Part shown: positions 48,880 through 61,538 of the stretch, piece after piece
Position numbering within the stretch: the first letter of the stretch is position 1
Layout of the letters: each line of letters begins with the position of its first letter
From: Mustelus asterias
Taxonomy: Eukaryota
Direction: 5' to 3'
Length of the DNA stretch: 64,000 bases
Assembly (NCBI RefSeq): GCF_964213995.1
Contig: NW_027590173.1
Coordinates: 434,001 to 498,000, forward strand
The notes under the pieces: generated by a model
Seen by the model: only the letters and a program-made list of their open reading frames with translations
What the model was told of the DNA's origin: nothing
Database searches by the model: none
Made by a program: the position numbers and the translations under genes

Positions 48880-50545
48880 GAATATCTAGAGAAAGAACAA
48901 AAATCACCGGCTCCAACGCACGCCTCCCTGATGAGCTCAATGCATTCTGTGCCCGCTCTGAGCAAGAGGTCAGCGAGAGCACGCCCTCCACCCTGGAATC
49001 CTGAGATGAATCTGTATCTGAGGTCACCATTGCAAATGTCAGAGCAGCTTTCTCAGAGGTCAACCCAAGGAAAGTGACTGCCTCGGATGGGGTACCCGGA
49101 CGAGCACTCAGATCCTGCATGGATCAGCTGGCGGGCGCATTCGCAGACATCTTCAACCTCTTTTTACAACAATCTCAGGTCCCTACCTGTTTCAAGACGA
49201 CGACCATCATCCCAGTACCAAAGAAAAGCTAAGCAGCGTGCCTCAATGACCATTATCCAGTGGCTCAGACATCCATCATTAAGAAGTGCATTGAAAGATC
49301 ATGGCACAAATCAATTCCAGCCTCCCAGACTATCTGGATGCACTACAGTTCGCCTACCAGCGCAACAGGACACAGCAGACGCCATCTCCCTGCCCCTGCA
49401 CTCAGCCCTGGAACACCTAGATAACAAAGACACTTACAGCAGACTTCTATTTATTGACTACAGCTCAGCCTTCAACACCATTATTCCACAAAACTCATCT
49501 CCAAACTCCGTGGCCTGGACCTCGGCTCCTCTCTCTGCGACTGGATACTGAACTTCCTAACCCACAGACCACAATCAGAAAGGATAAGCAACAACACCTC
49601 CTTCACGATCATCCCCAACACTGGTGCCCCACAAGGCTGTGTTCTCAGCCCCCTACTATACTCCTGATACACCTGTGACTGTGTGGCCAAATTCCGCTCC
49701 AATTCGATTTTCAAGTTTGCTGACGGCACCACCGCAGTGGGCCGGATCGCAATCAATGATGAGAGAGTTCAGGAACGAGATAGAGAATCTGGTGAACTGG
49801 TGCGGCGACAATAATCTGTCCCCCAAGGTCAACAAAATGAAGGAGATTGTCATCTACTTCAGGAAGCATCAGAGAGAACATGCCCCTGTCTACATTAACG
49901 GGGATGAAGTAGAAATGGTCGAGAGCTTCATGTTTTTAGGTGTCCAGATCACCAACAACCTGTCCTGGTCCCCCTCATGCCGACACTATAGTTAAGAAAG
50001 CACCACCAACGTCTATACTTTCTCAGCAGACTAAAGAAATTTAGCACATCAGCTACGACTCTCACCAACTGTTCGAGATGCACCATAGAAAGCATTATTT
50101 CTGGTTGTATCACAACTTGGTTTGGCTCCTGCTCTGCCCAAGACTGCAAGAAACTACAAAATGTTGTGAATGTAGCCCAATCCATCACGCAAACCAGCCT
50201 CCCATCCATTGACTCTGTATACACTTCCTGCTGCCAGCCAGCAGAATTCAGGACCCCACTCACCCCGGACATTATCTCTTCCACCTTCTTCCGTTGGGAA
50301 AAAGATAGAAAAGTCTGAGGTCACGTACCAACCGACTCAAGAACAGTTTCTTCCCTGCTGCTGCCAGACTTTTGAATGGACCTACCTTGCATTAAGTTGA
50401 TCTTTCTCTACACCCTAGCTATGACTACATTCTGCACTCTCTCCTTTACTTCTCTATGAAAGGTATGCTTTGTCTATATAGCGCACAAGAAACAGTAATT
50501 TTCGCTGTATACTCATACACGTGAAAATAATAAATCAAATCATAT
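48880..50545 (+). mobile_element. Rex1/Babar-like LINE 3' half
   Basis: [27 protein letters not shown] and [10 protein letters not shown] motifs; tail AATAATAAATCAAATCA. Confidence 0.88.
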
Positions 50546-50624
50546 AAGGTAGGAGTAGATGAAGAAGGAATCTCAGTGGAATACAAGGATAGGTTTGGAA
50601 AGCATGTGTGTAATCACACAAAGT

Positions 50625-51872
50625 GTCATCGAGTCAGAGGTTTACAGCATGGAAACAGGCCCTTTGGCCCAACTGGTCCATACCACCCCGTTTTTTAACC
50701 CCCTAATCTAGTCCCAATTGCCTGCATTTGGCCCATATCCCTCTATACCTATGTTACCCATGTAACTGTCTAAACACTTCTTAACAGACAAAATTGTACC
50801 CACCTCTACTACTACTGTGGCAGCTTGTTCCAGACACTTATCACCCTCTGGGTGAAAAAATTGCCCCTCTGGACTCTTTTATATCTCTCCCCTCTCACCT
50901 TAAACCTATGCCCTCTCGTTTTAGACTCCCCTACCTTTGGGAAAAGATATCGACTATCTAGCTGCTCGATGCTCCTCATTATTTTATAACACTCTATAAC
51001 ATCACCCCTCAGCCTTGTACGCTTCAGAGAAAAACGTCTCAGTCTATCCAGCCTCTCCTTATAATTCAAGCCATCAAGTCCCGGTAGCATCCTATAAATC
51101 TTTTCTGCACTCTTTCTTATTTAATAATATCCTTTCTATAATGTGACCAGAACTGTACACAGTATTCCAAGTGTGGCCTGATCAATAGAACCATAGAACC
51201 ATAGAAAATTACAGCTCAGAAACAGGCCTTTTGGCCCTTCTTGTCTGTGCCGAACCATTTTTTGCCTCGTCCCACTGACCTGCACTTGGACCATATCCCT
51301 CCACACCCCTCTCATCCATGAACCCGTCCAAGTTTTTCTGAAATGTTAAAAGTGACCCCGCATTTACCACTTTATCCGGAAGCTCATTCCACACTCCCAC
51401 CACTCTCTGCGTGAAGAAGCCCCCCCTAATATTCCCTTTAAACTTTTCTCCTTTCACCCTTAACCCATGCCCTCTTGTACAACTTCGACAAGACGTCCCA
51501 ATGTCTTGTACAATTTCAAATACCCAATGTCTTGTACAACTTCAACAAGACGTCCCAACTCCTGTATTCAATATTCTGACCAGTGAAACGAAGCATGCTG
51601 AATGTCTTCTTCACCATTCTGTCCACCTGTGTCTTCACTTTCAAGGAGCTATGAACCTGTACCCCTAGATCTCTTTGTTCTATAACGCTCCCCAACTCCC
51701 TACTATTAACTGACTAAGTCCTGCCCTGGTTCGATCTACCAAAATGCATCACCTTGCATTTGTCGAAATTAAACTACATCTGCCATTCGTCAGCCCACTG
51801 GCCCAATTGATCACAATCCTGTTGCAATCCTAGATAACCTTCTTCACTGTCCACTATGCCAGCAATCTTGGT
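50625..51872 (-). mobile_element. CR1 3' fragment with a second CR1 tail nested at about 51186-51475
   Basis: MLPGLDGLNYKERL...FFTQRV motifs; nested tail AGAACCATAGAACCATAGAA. Confidence 0.85.
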
Positions 51873-51879
51873 AACATAG

Positions 51880-53680
51880 TGGACAGTGTGGTGAATAAGG
51901 TTGGTGAGTTAGAAGCACAAATAGCCACACAGGAACACAAGAGAGTGTCAATGTTGAAAATGTGGTCTGGGAATGGAGAGAACCGGGCGATTACTATTCA
52001 ATACAATGTGAACAGAAAAGAGAGAAGGGTAAAAGGTAGGTGTGGTGAGGAGGAAATAGAGCAGCAAATCTATAGGCAGATCATGCATTGTAGATACAGA
52101 ATTAATTCCATTCTCACACAGACTGACAGGGAGGTTGACCACATGATCCAAGTGTCTGGAGGTGGTCACTTGAGTAACAGTGATCATTGTATCACAAGCT
52201 TGATATTAGCAAGGAACAATCTAAAGTAGCACTTCTGAATGGGAAGAGGACTAACCTCAATGGGAGGAGCTGGAATTGAGCCAGAGTAAACTGGAGCCAA
52301 AATCTGACAGGAAAAGCTGTCACAGAACAATGGGTGATCTTTCAGGAGATGTTTCAGGTACAGACTCGGTACATTCTAATCAGGGTGAAAGGGAGGGGAA
52401 CCAAAGCCAGGGCTCCTTGGAGGATGAGGAAGATAGAAAGTATAATGAAACAATGAAGAGGCCATTTGATTGAGTTTGTTGAAGGGGTAACCAAGAAGGT
52501 AGATGAGGGCAGTGCAGTTGATGTTGTCTACATGGACTTTAGCAAGGCCTTTGACAAGGTACCGCATGGTAGGTTGTTGCATAAGGTTAAATCTCACGGG
52601 ATCCAGGGTGAGGTATCTAATTGGATACAAAATTGACTTCTTGACAGAAGCCAGATGGAGGTTGTAGAGAGTTGTTTTTCAAACTGGAGGCCTGTGACCA
52701 GCGATGTGTCTCAGGGATCTGTGCTAGGTCCACTGTTATTTGTCATTTATATTCATGATTTGATGAGAATATATGAGGAATGGTTAGTAAGTTTGCAGAT
52801 GACACTACGATTGGTGGCAGAGTGGACAGTGAAGAAAGTGATCTCCAATTGCAAGGGGATCTTGATCAATTGGGCCAGTGGGCTGACGAATGGCAGATGG
52901 AGTTTAACTGCGAGGTGATGCATTTTGGTAGATTGAACCAGGGCAGGACTGACTCAGTTAATAGTAGGACATTGGGGAAAGTTACAGAACAAAGAGATCT
53001 AGGGGTACATGTTCATAGCTCCTTGAAAGTGGAGTCACAGGTGGACAGAGTGGTGAAGAAGGCATTCGGCATGCTTGTTTTCATTGGTCAGAACACTGAA
53101 TACAGGACTTGGAAAGTCTTGTTGAAGTTGTACAAAACATTGGTAAAGCCACACTTGGAATACTGTGTGCAATTCTGGTCACCCTATTTTAGAAAGGATA
53201 TTATTAAACTAGAAAGAGGGTAGAAAATATTTACTAGGATGCTACCGGGACTTGATGGATTGAGTTATAAGAAGATGCTGGATAAACTGGGACTTTTTCT
53301 TCTGGAGCATAGGTGGTGATCTTATAGAGGTCTATAAAATAATGAGGTGCCCAGATCAGATGGATAGTCTATATCTTTTCCCAAAGGTAGGGGAGTCCAA
53401 AACTAGAGGGGAGAGATACAAAAGTGTCCAGAGGGGCAATTTTTTCACACAGAGGATGGTGAGTGTCTGGAACAAGCTGCCAGAGGTAGTAGTAGAGGCG
53501 GGTACAATTTTGTCTTTTAAAAAGCATTTAGATAGTTACATGGGTACAATGGGTATAGAGGGATATGGGCCAAATGTGGGCAATTGGGATTACCTTGACT
53601 TTGTTTTTTAAAAAAAGGGCGGCATGGACAAGTTTGGCCGAAGGGCCTGTTTCCATGTTGTAAACCTCTATGACTCTATG
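51880..53680 (+). mobile_element. CR1 fragments: decayed APE part (51880-52460) and younger RT-to-3' end (52466-53680)
   Basis: MDFSKAFDKVPHGRL, KFADDT and PHLEYCVQFWSP motifs. Confidence 0.88.
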
Positions 53681-53714
53681 CATATCAGAAGAATTCTTCA
53701 AGTGAGAACCATTA

Positions 53715-54560
53715 GAGTGTGGAATTCACACTCTATCTGTCCATCTCTGTTACTGTATGAGAATGTGGAGTTAACTCATTCCCACTATCTGTCAATCTGT
53801 ACATGAGAGCACGATTCACTCTGTCAGTCTCTGTTACTGTATCTCAGGGTGGAACGACAGTGAATTTCTTCCTGTCAGTTTATTTGAGGATGGATTAATT
53901 CTCTGATGTGTCAGCCTGTATTCGTGCAGGTGAGTGTGGAATTAAATTGATTCGCCAGTCTCAGTTCCTGTGTTTCAGTTTGCAATTACCTCTCTTGGGG
54001 CATCTTGACAAGTACATGAATGAGATGGGAATAGAGGGATATGGTCCCCAGAAGCGTAGGGGGTTTTAGTTAAATCAGGCAGCATGGTTGGTGCAGGCTT
54101 GGAGGGCCGAAGGGCCTGTTCCTGTGCTATAATTTTCTTTGTTCTCTGTCCTACCCTGGGGGTTGATTTGCTCAGTTGGCTGGACAGCGGGACCGTGATG
54201 CAGAGTAACCCCAACAGCGTGAGTTCATATTCCTGTACCAGCTGAGGATATTCATGAAAGGAGAGAGCAGCCTATGATCATCTGGGACTGTGCTGAATTT
54301 AGCCATTACCTTTCTGTCCATCTTTGTTAGCGTATATGAATATAGAATTAATTCTGTATCTGTTATTCTGCATTACTGTATGTGAATGGGGCATTAACAC
54401 TGTTCATCTCTGATTTGCACATGAAGCTGGAATTAACTCTTCTCTATTCTTTATCCTTTACTGCAGTGTGGCATTAACACTCTGTCAATCTCTATTACTG
54501 TGTGTAGATGTGGAATTGACTCAATCAATTGATAATAATGTCTGTGTCAGTGTCTGATAG
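53715..54560. repeat. Degenerate units of the 36-bp minisatellite (reverse of 19605-22205), interrupted by a CR1 tail (53990-54146) and a deleted tRNA-SINE (about 54155-54295)
   Basis: Recurrent GTGTGGAATTAACTCT and TCAATCTCTATTACTGTGTG. Confidence 0.65.
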
Positions 54561-55609
54561 TGCATGGAAGTGGGTCACTGTCAGCTTAGCAAACTGCAGC
54601 GAGTGGAGGCTGATTCCTGAGATGAAGGAGTTCTCTTATGAGGAAAAATTAAACAAGTCTGGCCAATTTTCAGTGGAGACGAATGAGCGAGGATCGTACT
54701 AAAACATATAAGATTCTCAAGGGCTTGACAGTGTAGATGCTGAGTGGGATGTTGCAATGTGTAGGGGGAAACTGGAACTAGAGGCACAGTTTAAAGATAA
54801 AGCATCTCCAATTTAAGATGGAGATTAGGAGGAATTACTTATTTTAAGGGAACCTTAATTTTTGTCATTGAATAGATTCAATCTTGAGTTAGACAGATTT
54901 TTGAGCTACAAGAGAATCAAGGGTTATGGGGACAGGTACTGAAGTGGAGTTGAGGCCACAATCAGATCAGCCATGATCTTTCTGAATGGCAGAACAGGCC
55001 TGATGGGCTGAATGGCCTTCTCCTGCTCCTTTTTCTTATGTTCTGATAGTGTGTGTGTGGGACTAACTCTTTTTCTCAGTCTCTGTTACAGTTTTCAGTG
55101 TGGAATTAACTCAGTCTGATACTGCATATCAATGTGGAATTGATTCTCTGTCCAACACTTATTGTATGTGAGTGTGCAATGTTTCTTTAACTGCACAAGA
55201 CACAGTTAATGATCTTTGATCAGAAGTGTTTTGACCCTACTGCTCTCAAATTTACTCAGAATTAAACCCATCACTTTCTCCTGCTTCTACAGACCAAAGT
55301 CACCCAAACAAAAACATACCTTCACAGAAACTGAGGGGCCGAATTCCAAAACCAACATCCAGCTTGATTCAAAATCGCTCTTAATTTGTCTATTTCAGGC
55401 CTCAGTTTTCTGAGCAACAGCTGCAATAATTCACAGGTGAAATCATATGGACGCTGGACATCTGAAACAAGGTGAAAATTCTGGAATACACAACAGGTCA
55501 GGCAGCATCTGTGGAGAGAGAAACAGAGTTCATGTTTCAGCTCACTGACAATCAGCCTACAATAAACTACTTGCTGATATCTGCTCATAGCGGTCACAGT
55601 TCCCACATG

Positions 55610-55962
55610 AGGAGGTAATGGTGTAGTGGTATTGTCACTGACTTGTGACCCAGAGATCCAGTGCAATTCAATGGGACCTGATTATCACCTCAGCACAGTG
55701 TGCAATTTGAGCTCAATTAAAATCTGGAATTAAAGGTCTAATGATGGCCATGTTGTAAAAACCCATTTGGTTCACTGATACCCCTTTAGGAAAGGAAACC
55801 CACCCACATTACCTGTTCTGGCCTCCCTGTGACTCCAGACCCACAGTATGTTTTTGACTCTTTAATGCCGTCTGAAATGGCCTAACAAGCCACTCAGTTC
55901 AAGGGAAATTAGTGCAATAAATGCTGGCCAAGCCAGTGATGAACACATCACATGAATGAAAA
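55610..55962 (+). mobile_element. Second-family tRNA SINE (positional counterpart of 17815-18120)
   Basis: GAGGTAATGGTGTAGTGG...AAAACCCATTTGGTTCAC...AATAAATGCTGGCC. Confidence 0.75.
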
Positions 55963-56329
55963 CAATTCTCTGCGCCCCAGAAAGCGCTCTATCCAACACA
56001 CTGACTTGCCCAGGCACTGAGAGTGGGCACGCTCCCCAGGGGCAGCTGCAGGACAATCGGTGCAGGAACTTTCCCCACTGCCACTTGTCTCCCATTCCAC
56101 CAAGCTGCCTGTGTCCTTTTGAAGTTTCCCACTTTCCCCCTCACAGCTGCCAATGCCTCCAAGTTTGGTGGCGTGTGGAAATGTTGAGCTTGTGTCCTGT
56201 ACACCAAGGTGTGTGTCATTAATATATATCAGGAGGAGCAGGGCTCCTAACACCGAGCCCTGGGGAACTCCACTGGAAACCTTCCTCCAGTCTGAAACAC
56301 AACCATTAACCACTGCTCTCGGTTTCCTC

Positions 56330-56545
56330 TCACTCACACTGTTCCATATGGGGCGGTGAGGATGGCCTCGCTGCACCATCCGCTTCATGGTGCCGCTCCC
56401 CCAGCTCCCTCGCTGCACGTCCGCCGCGCATGCTCCGCGCAGACACGCGGTTTCCGAGGACGCGGCCGAACGGCAGCTGCGCCGTGCGGACCATTCTGAA
56501 TGAGATCGACCGTATTCACCCGCGCGCTGTATCCTGGGTTCGTTA
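56330..56545 (-). promoter_or_regulatory. Small CpG island with a putative first exon (Kozak-like GGCACCATG at 56386-56388; donor GTGAGT at 56332-56337)
   Basis: Dense CpG, NRF1-like GCGCATGC; no downstream exons identified. Confidence 0.4.
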
Positions 56546-56723
56546 TGGTGTGGAATGCCGGCGTTGGACTGGGTTAAATACAGTAAGAGTTTTAACAACA
56601 CCAGGTTAAAGTCCAACAGGTTTATTTGGTAGCAAATGCCATTAGCTTTCGGAGCGCTGAAAGCTAATGGTATTTGCTGCCAAATAAACCTGTTGGACTC
56701 GAACCTGGTTTTAATTAAACTCT
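56546..56723. mobile_element. 178-bp mini Penelope fold-back, 14-bp TSD (1 mismatch)
   Basis: TCCTGGGTTCGTTA at 56532-56545 and TCCTGGGTTAGTTA at 56724-56737; the arms meet at 56651-56658. Confidence 0.85.
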
Positions 56724-58419
56724 TCCTGGGTTAGTTACACAGGCCACCATTACATTGAATAAAACAGCACAAGGAATTAAATTTAAACCCATCAGCATTC
56801 CGAAAGAGATTTCCTCTCCCTTTAGTGCAATACTTCCTCTTATCTAAAGTACAGCCTCAAAATGTATTCCTATCCTTATTTGTCCAATGACATTTTGAAT
56901 TTACTTTACATTCTAATTGGCTTCGATTATAGGCACCATATTCAAGATCACAGCAATTTGCTGCCCAATAGAACGACAAATGTGTTCCCTGACGGTTTTC
57001 TTTGTTCTTTTATATCATTCACAATGAACCCGTGCCAGTGTTTCACAGAAACATTTTATTTCAATTTACTCCATTGAAACTGATCACGATTTCACTCACC
57101 TCTCTGAAAACTCCTCTCAACCTTAGTACTGACTTCAAACGGTATGAATGCAGGAAGTATGAATTTAGTTTCGAAGTTCTGTAATTACATAACAAGTGAG
57201 CTGCTGCAGAGACAAACAGTTAATAGCAAATATTTCAGATCAACATCTGCCCATCAGAACTGTTTGAAGTTAGAAATGTAATACATTACAGGCAAATGGA
57301 GAGGAGAGGGGCTCATGTGAAAAAGAACGAAATGGAATATCTGTGACATGCACACATGCATTAAATAATAAGAATTAGTTACACAGTGAAAGGGATAATC
57401 ATCAGATACATAAAGTAAGAAAAATCTGAATGGAGGAGAGGTGCTCTGAACACCAGGAAAGACCCAGGACAGAATGATCCACGTGAGAGTGAGATGCAGA
57501 ATGAAAATGGCAGGTGACTAGAAACTCTTATCAAAAATTCAATCATCATTGTGAACTGATTGGAAATGTTCCAAGTGTGGGACATGGGAGCGACACACTT
57601 GAGAACCCTGCCAACCACAGAGCGGTGAGAGGATTGGTTGAGGAAAGGGAAGAAATATCAGAAGTTCCCGAATGGAAGGCCGCATTATCTTTCCTCACAG
57701 TTCAGTGTCTATATGCAGGAGAATTAGCTTTTGCAACATTATAGTTTTTCTAAAATTTCACTGCTAATGATGTGCTCTGCATTGGTAGATTGAGTGACTG
57801 CTTTGTGGAACATCTCCCATCAGTCCAGAAGCATGACTCAGATCCAATCCTGAACGAGAATCCCAAACCTAAATAAAGTAAACTAGGAAGTTATGAGAGG
57901 TGAGTTTGCTAAAATAGATTACGGATTAATAGATTCATAAAATGGCATAACGGTCGATAGGCAATAGCTAATATTTAATGTTTAATATTTAAGGCATAGT
58001 TGTGTGTAATGAAAGAGTTATACATTCCTTTCTGGCACGTAAACATAACTGGAAAGTGCCCCAATCATGGATAACAAAATAAATTAAATAGTATTGGATC
58101 CAAAGAAGAATATGAGATTATAAATGCGTGGAGCATCAGTCGGCCATTTGTCAGCTCGAGCCTGCACCGCCATTCAATAAGATCATGGCTGATCTTTTCA
58201 TGAACACTTTACACAAATGATCAGTCGGTCCATTCTCCTTTGTCTGTGTCTCCTGACAGTCTCTTGCTGCTTTTATGTGTGTTCCATTCTTGCTGTATTA
58301 AGCATGGAATTGTGCCGCCAGGCGGAGCTGCCTCATTTTCTGACATTAAACAGCAATGCAACAGTGACATTTTGTCCTACTACAGCTCAACAATAATAAG
58401 CAGGAAGCTGTTAGGTAAT

Positions 58420-58491
58420 AACAGAGTGGCGGAGTGGAAGCGTGCTGCGCCCATAACCCAGAGGTCGATGGATCGAAACCATTTTCTGCTA
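58420..58491 (+). pseudogene. Initiator tRNA-Met(CAU), probably non-functional
   Basis: Six changes from the canonical vertebrate iMet sequence, including mismatches in the acceptor, D and anticodon stems; GATCGAAAC T-loop retained; T4 terminator at 58498. Confidence 0.85.
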
Positions 58492-58689
58492 TTCACCTTT
58501 TCAGGAGCAGTTTGAAAGAAAAACATTTTGCAGTTCCCCACAAGTGTCTCTTCTATTTCTTTGCAGGAAACAGTTATTTTCATCAACTCTCGCTTGCAAT
58601 AAACAATTTGATCTGCAACAAGCTCACTGCTGTAAATGCTACAAACAGCTTTCCCACTTTCCTCAGGGCAGTTCTGACAGTCAAATGAC

Positions 58690-58915
58690 CTTTAAATCAC
58701 AGAATCCCTACAGTGCTGAAGGAGACTATTTGGCCCATTGAAACTGCACTGACTCTCCGACAGAGCATCCCATCCATGTCCTATAGCCAGAGCCCCACGC
58801 ACCCACCCCGCTAATCTACCTGACCTTCATTTTTTACCACACAAAGGGCAATCTAGAATGACCAATCCACCCAACCTGCACATCTTTGGACTGTGGAAGG
58901 AAGCCGGAGTACCCG
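58690..58915 (-). mobile_element. V-SINE/HE1-like SINE 3' part
   Basis: CCAACCTGCACATCTTTGGACTGTGG plus tail. Confidence 0.75.
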
Positions 58916-58919
58916 GTTT

Positions 58920-59490
58920 CCAGATGTAACTTGCCTGGGTGAATGCAGCTCCAACAACACTAGAAGTTTGACACTATCCAGTACAAAGCATCTGACTTAA
59001 TTCGTTTCCCATCCACAAAGAGTCACTCCCTGCACCAAAAGTTAAAGTTAAAGTGTATTTATGAGTCACAATAAGGCTTATGTTACCATTGACAGACAGG
59101 GTCAGCAGTGCACACCATCTACAAGATGCATTGCCAGAATTCACAAAGGTTTATTTGACAGAACCTTCCAAACCCACCATGACTATAGCCAAGAAGGAAA
59201 AGGAAAAGCAGATGCATCAGAACAACATCACCTGGAAATCTCCCTCCAAGCCACTCATCATCAGGGCTTGGAAATATATCGTCGTTCCTTCAGTGTCAGT
59301 CGGTCAGAGTCCAGGAACTTCCCACTCCCCAACATCCCCCCCCCAAAAAAAAACGCACTGTGGGTGTACCTATATGGCATTGGCAGCAGCAGTTGAAGAT
59401 TGCAGTTCAGCACCGCCTACCCCAGGGCAATTATGGGTGGCAATAAATCCTGGCCAGTGATGCCCTCATCCCATGAATGGATAAAGTAAA
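58920..59490 (+). mobile_element. Decayed LINE 3' end (L2/CR1-group, clade uncertain) sharing its tail with the second SINE family
   Basis: LAWVNAAPTTLE-like coding remnant; tail GGCAATAAATCCTGGCCAGTGATGCCCTCATCCCATGAATG. Confidence 0.6.
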
Positions 59491-59661
59491 AAAAAAACAA
59501 CTGATCAAAAAGGTTCCTCCTCACATCTGCCTTAAAGGGGAGGTCACATCTTTCAAAAAAAATTCTGCTCTTCTGGTCACATTTTCAGTGTAATCTGAGC
59601 ACAATCAGGATTATTTAGTATGTGTTTCCCCATTGCAGAATCACATTGTGCAGTAGCGACC

Positions 59662-59855
59662 AAAAGAGAAAATGCTGGAGAATCTCAGCAGGTCTGGCAG
59701 CATCTGTATGGACAGAAAAGAGCAGACGTTTCCATTCCAGATGACCCTTTGTCGAAGACCTTTGTCATCTTACAGATGCTGCCAGACCTGCTGAGATTTT
59801 CCAGAATTTTCTCTTTTGATTTCAGATTCCAGCATCCACAGTAATTTGCTTTTAT
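59662..59855. mobile_element. Mini fold-back of the second Penelope-like pLTR family, degenerate 16-bp TSD
   Basis: About 46-bp inverted arms plus tail; TTGTGCAGTAGCGACC at 59646-59661 and TTGTGCAATAGAGACC at 59856-59871. Confidence 0.7.
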
Positions 59856-61304
59856 TTGTGCAATAGAGACCTGCCTGGTGATGTGTATGGTAGGAATTGT
59901 CGTCATGATCCATCATATCCCCGTAGGTATGGGCTGCCCAAGACACACAATCAGTGTTGGAATCAATTCACATGTTTCAGTATCTGGTTCCATTCTGTAT
60001 CTGAATTTGTCTGGTGTTATTTCTGAAGGTGCCAGTTATATATATCTGGCAGACACTTATAAAGTGTGTGAGTGTTGGATCATTCTGGACCTGTCAATGG
60101 CCTCTATATCTGTGAGCATTTTATATAAGTGTGGCAAACATCAGTAATTTTAAATCCCCTGCTGCTGTTTATGGAACATATGTTTTAATTCCCCTGGTAC
60201 TGTTTGCAGAACATCAGCTTCATGCTGTTCCTGTCAGTGGAATTAATCATGTATGTAAATCGATGGTGCTGTTTAAAATTGTGTGTCTCATCTGGGATTT
60301 TGTACTTACGTCTCTCTCTATCTAATCTTCCATTTGTTTCCGTTACTCCGTGTGAGCCTTTGGTTGTTTCCAAATCCCTCAGTGATACAATTGGTGTGTG
60401 TGTGATTTATTTCATATGACTCAGACTCAGCTCCTGTGAGTGAGTGCAGTAAACAGCCTGTACTTTTCAGCTGTTGATGCTGAACATGTGATCAGAACTA
60501 TTCTCTTATTTATCAGTCTTTGGTATTTAGTGTGAGTATGGGATTAATTAAATAACCTTCAATCTCTGGGACAAGTTATCTATTTGGATTAATTCCAAAT
60601 AACTTTCCAACACAGAAATAGGCCACTGATGCAGTAGGTTTGAAGCAAATAATGTGAGTGAGTTTATGCCCAGCAATAAATCTCTATTACTGTGAACACA
60701 ATTGTGAAAGATAATGTATCCTCTAATCTGATACTAGATTGCTTTGCAAGTTTCACTCAGGTTGTTCACATTGATTTGATCTGTGACAGTCTGATTCTGA
60801 GTAAGAATTTTGACATGAGTGTAAAATGGAGCTCAGTCTGGAATTGCTACAGTGTCTTCCATCTGGCTCAGTCTGAGTGAGGATTAGTTTATAATTTATG
60901 GTTCAGTTCATAGTCATCATACTGATATTGTAACTTTTAGTTTCATAATGTGGGTGAGTTTTCAACTGGAACCTGAGTTTGTATCTCAGGTTATACTCGC
61001 TTTCAGAATATCTCAATCTGAGATTGTCTTTCAGATTTGTATCGAATGTATTTGTGAGAACTCGCCATGGCGATTAGTACTGCCAGTTCCAAACCCCTAA
61101 TGTGGGTGATATGACTGGTATTTAACTGGAATCTCAAAGTACATTATTAAGGTTGATTGTGTAACATTTAACCAAAAAACCATTTTACGGTTTTATCAGA
61201 TACTTAATTTGGAGCTAAGGCTGCTCTATTGTGGGATTGACACCGTGATGATCTGATAATGGTTTGGACTGGGATTTATGGATCACCCTGTCGGCGGTAT
61301 TGAG

Positions 61305-61446
61305 ATTGATTTGATTTCTTATTGTGACAAGAAATAATTACTATGCTGTGAAAACTCTGGTTTCTTGCGCACTATACAGACCGAGCATACCGTTCGCAGA
61401 GTATATAGGGGAGAAGGAAAGGAGAGGGTGCAGAATGCAGTGTTAA
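61305..61446 (-). mobile_element. Rex1/Babar-like LINE tail immediately downstream of the tRNA-Leu
   Basis: Paralog of 16602-16740. Confidence 0.75.
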
Positions 61447-61455
61447 AAATCCTTC

Positions 61456-61538
61456 TACCAGGAGTGGGGTTCGAACCCACGCGGACATATGTCCATTGGA
61501 TCTTAAGTCCAACGCCTTTACCACTCGGCCATCCTGGT
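61456..61538 (-). tRNA. tRNA-Leu(UAA), apparently intact (83 nt)
   Basis: ACCAGGATGGCCGAGTGGTAAAGGCGTTGGACTTAAGATCCAATGGACATATGTCCGCGTGGGTTCGAACCCCACTCCTGGTA; stems pair, long variable arm, T5 terminator 6 nt downstream. Confidence 0.95.

Noticed and set aside
55216-55440. Possible coding exon after TTCTACAG (paralog at 18300-18500)
   Set aside because: The frame is not maintained between paralogs and there is no recognisable domain.
55948-56616. 222-aa ORF
   Set aside because: Chimera of a Penelope end, the CpG island and a decayed CR1 RT fragment.
57500-57840. Faint GIY-YIG-like remnant (RLSDCFVEHL)
   Set aside because: Too decayed to bound or classify confidently.
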